A stretch of 64,000 nt of DNA from Protoeuglena noctilucae (GCA_958009085.1 OY253674.1:124001-188000), one strand, 5' to 3'; counted from the first letter of the stretch, positions 38,080 through 51,652 are shown. Notes: generated from the sequence alone by a model not told the origin. A program made the numbers and translations.

Positions 38080-41000
38080 ATGTCGGAGCTCCACAATGCC
38101 GTGGAGATCCTGCGGGACCGGCTTTTCTTCTCCTGCGTGCGGGACTTGACAGGGCTCAGGCAAGGGAGGAAGGGGCCCTCGCGGAGCGGCGGGGCGCCTC
38201 GCCGCGCCGCGCCCTCGCGGCCAAGCGCGCGTGACGGCCTCTCGAGCGCCTTGGGACATCGTCGATCGCCCCAGACCCGCCCCCTCGCCCCCGCCCGCTC
38301 AGATCGCTCCCCCAGGGCAGCACGGCCTTTTGCGTCGACAATGAGCTCATATATGAGCCATTTTTCGCGGACTTCGGCCCACTGAATATGGGACAGGCCT
38401 ATCGCTTCTGTGAGAAGTGCGACGCGCTCGTCCGCGACGCCGAGAAGCGGAACGCCCGGGTCTACTTCCTCGCCCAGGCCCAGCCTAATTTCCGGGCCAA
38501 CGCATGCGTCCTGATCGGCATCTACCAGGTGAAGATTGCCCCGTGACCTCGAACTCCGCCCCCCCGCCGCGCCGGCGACCCCGCGCGGCCGCGCGACCCC
38601 GCCGGAATCCCTCTTATCTCTCTCCGGTCGCTCCGGCGATCGCGGGGCGCCTCGGGAGGCCCCCCAGCGTCCTTGCGCCCGGGACTGCCCGTTCGGGCGC
38701 CCATGCGGTCGCCGCCGCAGCCCCCCCCCCCCGCGCTCCCTCCTCGCGATCGCTCCGCGGTTCTTTCGATCGCACGCGCGAGCTGGACCCGCCAGACGCG
38801 CGTCGGGGCGCCGCGGCGCGCTGGGCGGGGTCCTGCCTCCCCTTGCATCTGGCCCCGCGCGTTTGATTTTCCACGTTGCGCCTCTCCCTACCCCGCGCAC
38901 GCTTCTCCTCACAGCCTCTCTCGGCGCCCCGCCCGGCCCCGGGCCGCCCTTCCCGCGCCCGCGTGGGCCCGTTTCCCTGCCCTGGGCCCCCGTCTCAGGG
39001 TGGCCAGCTGGCGTGCGCCGGCGGGCGCTCGGAGCGCATCGCCTTTGTCGCCCCCGCGTCACAACTTCCGGCTCTCTCCCCCCCGCGCAGGTGATGGTGC
39101 TGGGGAGGTCCGCGGAAGAGGCGATTCGGCTGATTGAGGGCTTTGGTCCCTTCCAGCCCTATCGGGACGCCTCCTGCGGCCCTTCCTCCTTCCCCCTCTC
39201 CGTCCAGGACTGCATTCGGGGCATGGACCGCGCGAACAAGGCCGGGCTGGGTGAGCCGCCGCCCGCAGCGCCCATGCCATGGTTGCGACTGCGCTGGCGA
39301 CAGCCTCGCGACACCCCACCTCTCGCCGCACCCCTCGCAGTGAGCTTCCTGCCGCTGGGGCAGCCGTCCGGGTTCCATCCCGAGGAATACGAGCATTACG
39401 AGCAGGTGGAGCACGGGGACTTGAATTGGATCGTGCCCGGCAAGATCGTCGCCTTTGGCGGCCCCCACGCCAAGCGCACAGAGTTCTACGGCTACCGCAC
39501 CCTCGTGCCCGAGGACTACCACGACTATTTCCACCGGCGGGGCGTCTCGGCCGTCATCCGGCTCAACAAGCGCGTCTACGACCGCAGGAGGTTCACGGGT
39601 GAGGGGCGCGGTGCGGTGCATCACCGCATCCGGGCCTCGCCCTTGGGTCACAACTGGGGACTGCAGGTCATGATTGGGAACCAATGGACCCACACGCTTG
39701 ACCACCAACTTCCTCCGTGCCGCCCGCCACTCACCTTCCGCCCCCGTCGCGCACGCCCCGCCCCCGCAGACGCCGGCTTCCGTCACTACGAGATGTACTT
39801 CCCCGACGGCACGTGCCCGACCGAGGCTATCATGCGCCGCTTCCTCTCGACGGTCGAATCGGAGCCGGGGGCGGTGGCGGTGCATTGCAAGGCGGGGCTC
39901 GGGCGCACGGGGGTGCTCGCGTGCTGCTACATGTGCAAGCACTTCGGGTTCACGGCGGAGGAAGCCATCGGGTACATCCGCGTGTGCCGGCCCGGGTCCG
40001 TCATCGGCCCCCAGCAGCACTTCCTCAAACAGATGCAGGGGTGGCTGCACCGCGAGGGGCGCATGCTGCAGCATAAGCTGGTCGCCACGGGGTCGTCCAA
40101 GCGCGGGCCGGGGTTCTCGGATGCGGACTCGCTGGCGTCCACCCAGGCCAACTCCGCGGCCTGCTCGAGCCCAGACGCCGACGAGAGCGGCGGGGCGACG
40201 GCGGTGCGCGAGTCGGCGGACGGGGACCGGTCGCCCACGCGCGCCCTCAACGCCGCCACGCGGCCCGCGCCCTTCATGACGCGCTCCGCGATCCAGTCCG
40301 AGGGCGGCGCGGGGCTGCTGCGGGCGTCCGCGCCGGTCGGCACCGCTTTGGCGGCCGTGCGCGCGCGCCAGGGGACGCCCCCCGCCACCCCACCCCCGGG
40401 CAACGAGGCCCCCGCCGGCCGCGCCGCGCCCCCCGCGGGCCCCTCCGCTGCGTCCGGCCGCGCGAGCCTCCCCGCTTCCCCCGCCGGCACGGCCCGGCGC
40501 CTCGAGACGGGCGCGGGGGTCCAGGCGCTGGTGGCGCGCCTCTCCCGCACGCGCATCGGCTCCGTGGGGAGCCTCGGCGGGCCCCCCGGCAGCGCCTACG
40601 GCCCGCGCGCGCCGTCGAGCGGGTCTTGGAACGCATCGGTGGCGCCCCACCCCGCGCGCACGGCGTCGGGGCTAGAGGGCGACACCCGGGGCAGGACCCG
40701 CACCCCGGTCCGCTCGGCCAGCAGCGGCCACGTGCTCGGCCTCACCGCCACCGCCACCTCGAGCACCGGGGGCTTGTCGGGCGTGCAGGTGCGTGGCTGC
40801 GGCTGTTGTGCGACTGCTGCTCTGCCATGTCAGGTACGTGGGATGGAGGCATATGCGGGCGAGCGTTGCATGACTGCGGGCTTACGGGTGCCCCGGGTCT
40901 CGTCCAGCCTCCATTCCCGGGCCCTTGCATCTCGACACGCTCGTTGACTGTACCTTGTCGACCTTCCCACCCTGCCTTGCGCGCTTGCAGAGGATTGTGA

Positions 41001-41483
41001 CCCGCAGCGGCCAGCCCCGCAAGCTCCCCGCGGCGCTGGCGGCCCAGGCGCAGGCGCAGGGACGCGCCTACTCCCCCACCGGAGCCAAGGGTCCCGCGGA
41101 TTACGGCTTTGGACAGCTGGGGAAGGTGCGTGGTTGGTACTGGCAGCTGCGGCGGCACGCGCTGGGGAGCTCTCGCGGCATGCTTGCGCTGGGCTCGTGC
41201 TTCAGCAATGTTCGCCATGTGCACGCGCGTTTATATAATCCATAAGCGGCTGTGCTGAGCAGTGGACTGTGCCATCAACGCATAACCCTGCCACTGGGAC
41301 GCCCGATCACCCCATTCCCCCACGCCCCGTGCCCCGCAGGTCCCCTCCCGCTCCTCAAGCTACCTCAGCAACGCCCGGAGCAGCACGGTGGGCCTGGGCC
41401 GCAGCACGGGCGGGGCGTCGCGTGGGGTGGACGGAATGACGTCCCCCGTCTCCACTCCCGACTCCGCCCTTGCCGCCAAGTAA
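38080..41483 (+). CDS. CDC14: Cdc14 dual-specificity phosphatase
   Basis: YEPFFADFGPLN, PYRDAS, YEHYEQVEHGDLNWIVPGK, FPDGTCP, VHCKAGLGRTG, RPGSVIGPQQ; long Ser/Ala tail. Confidence 0.95.
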
Positions 41484-42221
41484 CCCCGAGTAGCCCCGTC
41501 TCGGTATTCCGCATAGCCCTTACGGTATGGCTCTCGCCATGCATCCGTGTGCATGTGCTGGGGCGCCTTGGCAGAGGTCGATCGACGTTGGCACGCCGCA
41601 GGATGCATCGCCACCCCACCCATCCCGTAGGAAGGCCGTAGAGAGTTAGCCGTGAGCCCTTCTCGTTTCGTCCGCATATCTCGCTCACGTCGCGAGGCCT
41701 GTGGTAGCACTAGTAGTCCCCCTTCCATGGGGCAGGCCCGGCCCACGCGCCGCGCTGCCCGCCCCCCCTAACTCACCCACACCTCGCCTCGCTCGGACCC
41801 CTTTGGTTGCCTTCTAACGCCCCCTAGCGCGTCGCGCCATTCCCGCGGTGCGCCGGCTCTGCCCCACGCGTCCCCGGGTGGGGCGGTGACTCGCTTTAAG
41901 ACATGCGATGATAATGGATAATATGTGACTCATGTTATGTGGCAGGCAGGCATGCGACGTGATTGTCTGAGATAAGACATGCAGCCAGTCTGTTGGGCGT
42001 GCGACACGGGCACCAAGCTGCGGTGTTGTCTGTGTGCAACAGTTGAAACTTCAAACGCGCAGGAAACAGGGTGCAACGCCTTTCAACGAAGTGCGCGGAG
42101 CGCAACCGGCAGACCGGCAGGGGCTCCGGAGAGGCAACGAATGCACGATGCATTTCCCATCCCCCGCACATGCCCCCGTAGCACCGTCTCACACACCCCA
42201 CACGTCTCCCCTCTCCTCGTC

Positions 42222-43772
42222 TCACTCGTCGTCCTTCTTTTCGGCGTTGACCTTGTCGAGCCACGGCTTGATCTCATGTTCGTCGAAGATGCGGAACACG
42301 ACGCGGCCGCCTTCGTCGCGCGTGAGCGTGGCGATCTCGACCTTGTCCGAGGTGAGAGAGGTCGAGTCCATGCTCTTGGCCATGATCTTCAGGCCCATCT
42401 CCAGCGCCTCGTCCAGCGTCATGCCGTCCTTGTAGTCCTGCGATGTGGGGAATGAGATGGGGAATGAGAGAGCAGGGGGTGGAGATGAGGGATGTGAGGA
42501 GGGGTGCATGGGTGAGGGCATGGGACTGACACTGATGCCCATGCAAGCACGGTACTGGTCCCCATACGTCATGCGTTGAATTGACTCCCACCCACACACG
42601 CATGGTACCGACACTGCCGCCCACACATGCATCCCGCTCCATCTCCCACCCCTCGCCTGCTTCAGGAGGTTGTTGGCCGTCTGGTTGTTGGCCCCGATAG
42701 CCGTCGCCTTCCATCCCCCGAAATTGCCAGCGGGGTCCGACTGGTAGAGCTGGAAACCGAACGCCTTGTCCCATCCAGCGAAGAGGATAGACGTGCCGAA
42801 GGGACGCTACGGGAGCAAAGAGAGAGGTGCAGGTAAGGAACGGTAATGACTGTTACGGTTGGCCCAGGCGAGAGCGGAGAGAGGGGCAGGGCAGGCAAGC
42901 ACAAGGGGGGATGCTTTTGACAGAAAGGGTCTAACCATGCACACAAGAGTACGAAACAACTATCTCGTCGATGCGGCCATGCCTGCGTCGACCCACTTTG
43001 CCCCTCCGCTCACCTGGCCCCCGAACTGCGTGTAGGCTTGCTTGCGATCGCAGACCTGGCGGACCAACTGCTCCACCGGCATGGGCTCCTGGTACGTGTA
43101 CATGTAACGCTGCGGAAGCAAACAGCACATTGACGAGCTTTTGCTCGCAGCTCATTGCAGCGCGCACCTGCAAAGCGCAGCCCAGCAGCCCCGCCCATCA
43201 TCCGGCAGCTCGCCTGCGCGGCCAGGCGGCACGAACTGATCAAAATATTCGCATCGGAGGTAATTCCGGCGACCGCGCAGGCCACGTGGTCGTCCAGGAG
43301 ATACATCTTCTCCCTTTTGACCCCTACTGCCTTCGCGTCGAGCAGCTTGGACGTGATCTTCTTCTCCGCGACGAGAACGACCCCCGTGCTGGTCAAAAGA
43401 CCGATGCACGCGCCCGCCTGGTTGATGGCCTCGATCGCATACTCGACCTGAGGGAAGGGAGGGAAGGAGGCACGAGCTTTGCCGGAGGAAGAGGCTTCGT
43501 GGCGAGATCTGGCTGCAGGCAGGCACGACACGCGCAACTCTATGCTTGGGTACGCCGGGAAGGCGCGGGGACCCGGGATGCGCGCGTGCGGAGCGTGCAA
43601 CAGAGGCGCACATAGCGCACGAGCCTGACGAGCTGGCAGAGCGTGGCTAGCGACGATATCCCACGGACACGACACGAACGATAGCGAGGACTCAGCAGGC
43701 GGAGGCACTGACCTGGAAGAGGCGGCCATCCGGGCTGAAAATGGTCGTCCGGGTGTCATACCGTCGCGACAT
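42222..43772 (-). CDS. PSMA4: 20S proteasome subunit alpha3 (PSMA4/PRE9)
   Basis: [28 protein letters not shown]...[11 protein letters not shown]...YTQFGG.RPFG...[20 protein letters not shown]. Confidence 0.95.
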
Positions 43773-44104
43773 CCTCCCCGCCCCCGCTCGCCCCCTCCGG
43801 AGTCAGATCCGGCGCGTCCTGGCACTCGTGTATTCTCAACGGTCGGCGGGTGAGGCAGGCGCGGGCAGGACGAGTCGGAGATGACGGTCAGGCGAGTGGG
43901 GAAGGACGCAGTGCGATTCGCGACGAGGGTGCTTCGGCTGAGCAATGCGCAGCGATTCCGCGTGACTTTCAAGGCTAAGAGTAATCGTATCTCGGCGATT
44001 GTCGCGGGCAAGACTGGATAGCACGTCCACACTGGCAGGAGCGTAGGGCAAGAAACAGCAAGGGAGACGCGACACATCGTGCATTCGCCAACAGCCATGC
44101 ATGA

Positions 44105-47100
44105 TCAGAACGTGAGCTTCTTCTTCGCCCCATGCGCCCCTCGTGGACTTCCATCGAGCAGCGACGTGAAGGAGTCAGCACGGTCGGTGTCCGGGCCCCA
44201 CGCCATGGCGTCACCCCCGCCCTCCTCCCACTCGTACGGCTGGTATCGCCGCAGCCGTCCGTGCTCCTCCACGTCCCCCTCGTTGTCCTGCAAGATGTCG
44301 TCCAAATCATCCTGCGCAGCAGATGCAGGTGCGGCCGCCACTGAGCCCATGCCACGCGCGCGAGGCGCCCCGGCGTTTGCAGCAGGAGAGAGAGAGAAAA
44401 AGCGAGGTCGGCGTCGCCCACGGCGTCAAGCGAAAGAACGTCTGCACGCGAAGCTGCTTACAGCCACCTCGCACTGCAACGCTCACCAGCAGCTCTCCGT
44501 GCGCCAGGTCCACTTCATCCGTCAGCCGCACGATCTGCTGCTCGATTTCGTGGATGGCCTGCACCAGGTCCCTCGCCACCAGACTCTTCACCTCGACGTC
44601 GTCCTCCTCCAGCACGTGCACGAGCATGCGAGGGATGTGCGACATATCGATGCGCGTGACCTGCACAAATGCGGACGAAGCAGGTGGAAGTTGAATTTGT
44701 GCGACGCGCGCGGCTACGTTCGAAAACAAGAAAAGCGATATATTACAAAAGAATGCATTCGCGAAGCCGCTGCGCCGCACCAGCACGTGGATGGCTCCAG
44801 CGTCAAACGCTCCCTTAATTTGGCCCAAACGGATCGACACGAACGCGTGTGCACCCTGCAGCGCGAGGTCGTATGCGCCCCAAAGCATCTCCAGGTCCGC
44901 CAGCGTCTCCTCGACCACAATCACGTCGTCCTGCAGCTGCGCCAGCTCCGCACGCAGCTGCACCAGTCCCGTGTCCTCCGCGGGCCTCCGGGGCTGGATT
45001 GGCTGCGAGGACGAAGCGGTGCGGCTCGCTTAATGAGGTACAGGAGCGAGTGCGGCGCACGGCAGTGATGCCAAGTTACCCCTTGGCCACCGTTCATGAA
45101 TACAACCCTCAACCCACCATGCGCTCGCCTCTGCAGCCCATTGTAACCATACTGTCTTATGTGGCCACCACAGCCACCACAGCAATCGGCCATGCAAACC
45201 ACTCGATGTAATGTTACAATCCCGCCCCTCCTCACCGCAGCTTGGCTCGCTTGCCCACCCCACCACAGGCCACCGACCCACGCGGCCCACCCGCCCCCCA
45301 ACGCCATTTCACTCGCGTCGCCCCCCTCCGCCCCCACCACGCCTTCTCCACGCCGCAGGCTCCTTGCCCGAAAACTCTCCCCGCTCATCAGGTCCCGCAC
45401 AGATGCACGACGCCCCGGCCCCCTTTGTGCCGGCGCCGTTGTGCCCCTGACAAGCAGAACAAATGAGTCAGGAACTCAGAACCAGATTCGAGCACGCGTG
45501 GGCCAGAGGGGCCATACCAGTTGCAAAAAGCAACATGTGAAACAACATGTGAAGCAACAAGTGCAACAGCACAGTTTCATGGGCACACTGCGACGCTCAC
45601 CAGTTGCCCAGCGCAGATCCCAGCCACGCCCCCCATCCTTGGCTGGTTGACGGGACCTCCGTCCCCGCCCGCGGCTCCCCTGAGCCCCGCCTGCGGTCCC
45701 CCATGTCGGTGGGCCCTGCTGTCCTCTGCGATTGAACACCAGTGGCGAAGAAGTGACAATGGTCGGCTCTTACCATTTGTTAAGTGGCTCGCTGCTACCG
45801 AGCCAAGACTTGGGACGCCAGTGCTTCCCAAATGTGAAACAGCCACCCACCAACAATGGGCCAACTGCAAAGCCCGGATGCACAAACCAAGTCAAGCATT
45901 GAATCCCTCACCTCTACGACTGGTGCCTTCTCCTTAAACTCCAGCTTCCCCTTGACGCCCCATCGCTCCCGGGCTTGCTGCAAACGAAGGGGCCGGGCGC
46001 ATGGCAGTTGCTTGACAGTAGCACTACGACAAGTGCTGCTCTGAGCTTTCTTGACATGACACAGCCAGGAAGCACCTAGGGCGCCTAGCATGAAGCTGCA
46101 TGCTGCATGCTGAAACACGATGCTTGCCAGCGCCCGTCTCCCCACCTTGCCACGCCCCTCTGGCGTTCCCCGTCCCCGTGCCCCGCACGCAAAGCACGAC
46201 CCCTTGCGCCCAGCCTCCGATCCTTCGCCCAGTGACCTCCCGGCTGAGCTCGCAGAGTCCTGCACGGGCGACGAGGCTCTATGGTAACGAGGGTCTCGAG
46301 TATTGAGGCTCTCTCATGTAAGTGCCGTCACGGTCTTGGGTGTCATGCTTTGACATGCGTCACAAGCCACCCTAGCTACCCTAGCCAGCCCCACTGGCAT
46401 CCAGTAGCAATGACAACAAGCACAGCTACGCACGCCTCACCATGCCGTCCGACAGATACGACAAAGACCGCTTCATGCGTCCGCCCCCCTGCTTCACTGC
46501 GTGTGACAGGGAGCCTGGCACAGTCACAATCACCGCTAATCCTGCGCCGTGCCGAGGGCGGTGCTGTGAATGCGTGCGATGAGCGCAGACGCAGCAACTC
46601 ACGGCTTCGCTGGGACCGGAAGCTGAGGTTGGTCAGCATGCGTGTTAGGGCACCCGGGGGACGCCTGGCGCGGCCCTGCGCCTCGCGTCTCTCGATCTCC
46701 GCCAGGTCTCTCTGCCGTCGCCGAATGTCGCGCTTCACCGAGCCCACTGCCTCCAACAGGCCCTCCCGCTCCCCTGCACACGCACACAACAGGGCCGCAG
46801 GTCCAAGCCATGCCCTTGTGCACAAATCCCAGCCCACACGGCACCACGCTGCGCGCAGTACCGCCCGCGCTCCCGTGTCTCACCTTGCAATACGTTGATG
46901 CGGGTGTTGAGGGCCCGCAACGCTTGCTGGTACGCCTCAATGCAGTGCTTGGCGGTCGACACGTCCTTCTGTGTAACGTCCCTGTACTGGCCCCGCCCGC
47001 GCTCGATCTTCCGCTTCTTGCGGATCAGGTCTCGCCTGCGGAGACGCCCAGCAGCCAGTTATGACGCCAAGCCTGGGTGCTCTCTGAGAGCCTGTGAGCC

Positions 47101-47471
47101 ATGTGCCTGCATCGTGCGGCGCACGCCCACCTGGCCTTGCGGGCGAGTCGCGCCTGCTGCTGCCGCTCCGCTTGCGTGAGCTCGTAGTACGCGTCGTCCC
47201 AGACCATCTCCATCTCTTCATTGAAGTGACCCAACAGCCCCGCATCCTGCGCCGTGTCGAGCGCACCTCCCGCAGCCTGTTTCGCCTCCTTCCGCACCTC
47301 CTCGGCGACGGCGCGCGCGGCGCGCTCCCGTCCTCCATCTTCGCGAGCTGCAAGCGGGATCGACGAGCGCAGGTGCACGCGGGATTCGTCACACTCGCGC
47401 AGGCGACACAAGACGCGCCCGCAGAGTCGCCCACCGTAGTCGCCGAAGATCCCCCGAAGCACAGACGTCAT
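44105..47471 (-). CDS. Uncharacterised coiled-coil protein, multi-exon; start uncertain
   Basis: Heptad-rich exons (AYQQALRALNTRINVLQ, LRAELAQLQDDVIVVEETLADL, IHEIEQQIVRLTDEV) ending KKKLTF*. Confidence 0.55.
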
Positions 47472-47791
47472 TTCCGCTCACGCCTACCACCCTGCGGCCG
47501 CGCGTGCTCCCCTTACTGAGAGGCTCGCTCGCAAATCCCCCCGCATGCAGCAGAAGGGTCGCGGAGACACCTACGCATGCCGCTTTGCCCAGGACGCGCC
47601 CGCCGCGACTTCACAGGGCAGGTGGCTGAGCGGGGAATGCTAATCCGCCTGCAACAGCCGTGCTCTTCCTCGACTGGCTGCGTCACTCTGGCGCACGGTG
47701 CCAGTCCGCCCACCCCTCGTCCCCCCGCCGCCCCCGGCCGCCTCTGCCTATCTTTCATTGCCCTTCGACCCCAACACGACCCGGGACGAGG

Positions 47792-49212
47792 ATGCCGACG
47801 GAGAAGGACATCGCCAAGGCCGCCAAGGAGGGTGAGGGCCGCCGCGCGCGGAATCGCTTTGCAGAACGCCGGCACCTGGGCACCCGATCCACTTCTGGTA
47901 TCGCGAGCTGCCCGGGTAAATCGGCTGTGGCCGTTTTCGCCTTGCCCGGGGCCGCGCGGTAACGACCGCGCCCCCCTGCCTCGCGGAGGGGATCCGAGGC
48001 AAGGCCCTGCGCCCCCGATCGCGAGTGGCACTCGCGAGTCCGTAGGCAGGGGGCGCGCTTGGCGGGAGGTGCGGCCGGCGTGGAGCGGGATGCCGTCGGC
48101 CGTCGCGGCACGTCCCCCGTGGCGCGCGCGCGAGGACCCGGGTGGCAGCGAGGCCTCCTGTCGTTTCACGCGCAGGTGGGAAGAAGGGCCAGGACATCTG
48201 CGGCCTGTCCGACATGGGGGGCGTCCAGTTCTTCACGGTGTGCCTCGAGACGCCGGAGGCGAACCGGGAGCTCATGTACGCGTCTCTGAGCGGGATGAAC
48301 CAGGACGTGAACCCGGAGGAGGGGGAGCTCAAGGGGGGCGCCAAGGGGCTGGGGAAGGTGGGTGCCTCGCTGCCCCGCTGCCCCTCGCTGCGCCGCCGCT
48401 TCCCCGGGCGCCGCCTCCATCCCTGCTCGGCTGTTCTGTCGTCGTGCATCTGCGTCTGGCACGAACTGCCGGATCCCCCGCGCCGCTGCGCGCTGCGGTG
48501 CCTCGAGGGCCTGAGCCGCCAGCCCGGGGAATCCGCGCCGCGCGCGCGCATCGGCGCTCGTTACCTCGCGCGCCCAGCGTCCCGCTCCTCGGCGTTATTG
48601 GAAATAGGTGCCCGCTTTCTCGGTCGCCTCGCAGATGATCATGTCGTACAACCCTGACCTGGTCGCCATGCTGTGCCACGTCCCCAACGCGCTCGCGGAG
48701 AAGTACACCGCCGACGCCTGGGTGGAGGCCGTGATGAAGATCTCTGGCGGGGAGATCATCGAGACCAAGGAGGTCGACGACGGCAAGTGAGTTGCGCAAC
48801 GCAGCGCAGCGCGGCGCGGAGCCTGCCGTGCACGCTAGCGCGGCGGGCGAGAGCGCGCCTTGAGACCTGTTAAAACGAGACGTTTTTTCGCAACACAGGG
48901 TCATCTACGTCGAGATCAAGGCGGACCCCAAGGCGGAGAAGTTCGCGATCAAGATGCGCGACGAGGCGGCGGGTGTGTCGTACAACGCGCTGGTCAAGGC
49001 GGGGCTGGTGGCCGAGGACGACGACGACTTTGACATCAACGAGTGCGAGGGCATGGATGAGGCAAGTTGGCGGGGGCAAGGCATGCACACGGGACGGGGA
49101 ATGGAGCAGCGATGTGCGATCGGGTGCTGCTGCGCTTCTCCTGTTTAGTGACATTCAACAGGATACATAGAGAACGACGCCTTGCTTTTTTGTCTCGCAG
49201 ATGGAGTGGTGA
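47792..49212 (+). CDS. Small acidic protein of unknown function, 5 exons
   Basis: MPTEKDIAKAAKEG-GKKGQDICGLSDMGGVQFF...KGGAKGLGK...AIKMRDEAAG...DDDDF...MEW*; clean splice phases. Confidence 0.75.
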
Positions 49213-49381
49213 GCATCGGACGTGCATGAGATGACGTCCCCACTGTCATGTTGAATCTTTGTGTGCCGGTGGGTGCGTCGCCCCTGTTGAAGGACGGTGA
49301 ACTGCTACATGCCACGTGCGCTGTAGGCTCCAGGGCCCATGTGTTGCGCTCTTTGCCAGCCGGATGGGTCTGGCTAGGCAC

Positions 49382-51652
49382 ATGAGCAAGACTGGCGCAG
49401 ACGCTGCCAGGGAGAAAAGCCAGAAGAGAAGATTAGAAGATCTTGCGACTCCCACGTTTGAGATAAACTCCCACCACATGTCTTGGGGACGGGAGGCCCT
49501 GCATTACGCGGCGTGCCACGGCCACGTCGCCGCGATGACGGCGCTGCTGGACAATGGCGCGGCGGTGGCTGTGGAGGACGCGGACGGCGACACGCCGCTG
49601 CACGACGCGGCCGGCGGGGGTCACGTCGATGCGGTGTCGCTCTTGCTGGACCGGGGAGCGCCGATGGATGCCGTGACGCGCCAAGAGTATTCGGCACTTC
49701 ACTGCGCGGCCGACCGGGGTCACGTGGAAGTCGTGCGGCTGCTGCTGTTGCGGGGCGCGGACATCGACATCCGGGCCATGTACGGCGGCTCGCCCCTGCT
49801 CGCGGCTGCCAGGCACGGCCAGCTGGGCGTGATGCGGGTGCTGCTCGATCACGGGGCGAGCACTGCGGCGGACATCAGCGGCCACACCCCGCTGCATGGC
49901 GCGGCGGTGACGGGTCACGCCGACGCGGTCTCGTTGCTGCTGGAGCGGGGTTATGCGAGTTTAGTCGCCGCGGAGGATCGGGAGGGGTGGACCGCGCTCC
50001 ACGCCGCGGCCGCCGCCGGCCATGCCGAGTGCATCCACCGGTTGGTGGCTGCGGGTGCGGACGTGGGTGTTGTGGAGGAGGACACCGGGAGCACCCCGCT
50101 GCACTTGGCGGCGGCAGAGGGGCATGTGAGGGCGGTGCGGGCGTTGTTGGATCGCGGGTCCGATCCTTCGTGGGTCGATAATAAGGACAGGATGCCAGCA
50201 AAGGTGGCCAAACAGCATGGGCATGTGGATCTGATGCGCATCCTGGGGGAGCCGGAGGATGTGGGGAGTGAGGGGAGTGGCGATGAGGGGAGTGGCGATG
50301 AGGGGAGTGGTGGGGAGGAGGTGGTGGGGGATGCGGTAGTGGGAGAGGGTGGCGTGGTGGCAGAGGGTGGTGCGGGGGGCGGCGTGGGGGTGGGTGAGGG
50401 CGAGGGTAGCGGTGGGGAGGATGGCGAGGGCGAGGGTAGCGGTGCGGATGTGGGCGGCAGTGAGGGTGGTGGTGATGAGGTGAGAGGGGAGGCTGTTGAT
50501 GATGGGAATGAGGATGGGGAGTTTGATGGGGATGATGCAGAGTGGGATGATGAGGGTGGGGGTGGTGAGCAGGGTGATGACGATGATGACGTCAACTATA
50601 TGGACATCACACACGCCCTCCATAGTCAGGGGTCTGAGGAGGATGATGAGGTGGGCAGCGAGTTGGGGGATGAGAAAACCAAGCCCGCGCATTTCCATTC
50701 CGTTTTCACCAACTACGCCGCCCTGCGTAGGGCGCAGTGGGAGCTGCACCGGGCATATCACGGGGGATGCGCGTGCGATGGTTGGGGCCAGTACGATTGC
50801 TGGGCGGATAAGGTCTGCCAGGACAAGCGGTGGATGTGGGGGTGGTGGGACGTGCACTATGCGGTGGCGGATGGGGACATGGCTGAGCTCGCAAGGTTGC
50901 TCAACGATGGGGCAGACGTCGACTGTCTGGACCAGCAGCACCGCACGCCCTTGCACATGGCGGCTGGCAAGGGGCGGATAAAGGCAATGCGGGCGCTGCT
51001 GGCGCACGGGGCGCACGTGTGTGCGAGGGACGATGAAGGCTCGACACCCCTGCACTTTGCGGCAGAGGGGGGGCGCCTGGGTTGCACCCGCCTGCTTATC
51101 GCGCACGGCGCGGAGCCGGAGGGTGTTAACAATGCCGGGGAGAGCGTGTTGCATTTCGCTGCGATGGCGGGCAACATCCCCGCGATGCGCCTGTTGGTGC
51201 GGCGGGGGGCAGTGGTGCCGCGGCAGCCGGGGCCCGGGCGGTCGGCTATCGTGGGGCTGTTTTACGCTGCCTATCGCGGGGATGTGGAGCTCACGCGGCT
51301 GCTGCTGGACAGAGGGGGTGACCCGAATGAGCGCGATTGGGAGGGGCGCACGGTGATGCACGTGGCGGCGTTTTACGGCCACGTGACCGTGATGCACGCG
51401 CTGTTCGAGTGCGGGGGCTGCATCGACGTTCTGGATGCGTCGCTGCGCACCCCGCTGCACTACGCGGCTAGTATGGGTCACTGGGGGGCGGCGCGGTTAG
51501 CGGTGCATCTGGATGTCGACTCTAAGCTCAGGGATATGGTCGATAAGAGCGCGGCGGATTATGCGTCCCAAATGGGGGACTGGACGCTGGGGGATTTTCT
51601 GGAGAGCGATGACGGGTGGGACGAGGAGGGGAGCGGGGGGGAGGAGGCGTGA
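49382..51652 (+). CDS. Intronless ankyrin-repeat protein: two ANK arrays separated by a Gly/Glu/Asp linker
   Basis: Single long ORF with many TPLH.AA..GH...V..LL..GA repeats; start at ATG 49382 or 49478. Confidence 0.88.
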   Translation: MSKTGADAAREKSQKRRLEDLATPTFEINSHHMSWGREALHYAACHGHVAAMTALLDNGAAVAVEDADGDTPLHDAAGGGHVDAVSLLLDRGAPMDAVTRQEYSALHCAADRGHVEVVRLLLLRGADIDIRAMYGGSPLLAAARHGQLGVMRVLLDHGASTAADISGHTPLHGAAVTGHADAVSLLLERGYASLVAAEDREGWTALHAAAAAGHAECIHRLVAAGADVGVVEEDTGSTPLHLAAAEGHVRAVRALLDRGSDPSWVDNKDRMPAKVAKQHGHVDLMRILGEPEDVGSEGSGDEGSGDEGSGGEEVVGDAVVGEGGVVAEGGAGGGVGVGEGEGSGGEDGEGEGSGADVGGSEGGGDEVRGEAVDDGNEDGEFDGDDAEWDDEGGGGEQGDDDDDVNYMDITHALHSQGSEEDDEVGSELGDEKTKPAHFHSVFTNYAALRRAQWELHRAYHGGCACDGWGQYDCWADKVCQDKRWMWGWWDVHYAVADGDMAELARLLNDGADVDCLDQQHRTPLHMAAGKGRIKAMRALLAHGAHVCARDDEGSTPLHFAAEGGRLGCTRLLIAHGAEPEGVNNAGESVLHFAAMAGNIPAMRLLVRRGAVVPRQPGPGRSAIVGLFYAAYRGDVELTRLLLDRGGDPNERDWEGRTVMHVAAFYGHVTVMHALFECGGCIDVLDASLRTPLHYAASMGHWGAARLAVHLDVDSKLRDMVDKSAADYASQMGDWTLGDFLESDDGWDEEGSGGEEA

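Noticed and set aside
73..41483. Cell-cycle gene cluster (BSL, NEK, Cdc25-like, CDC14)
   Set aside because: Interspersed with unrelated genes; ACR2-type proteins are often arsenate reductases; chance is sufficient
45530..45572. 12-bp repeat CAACATGTGAA(A/G), about 3 copies
   Set aside because: Short degenerate tandem repeat with no further structure
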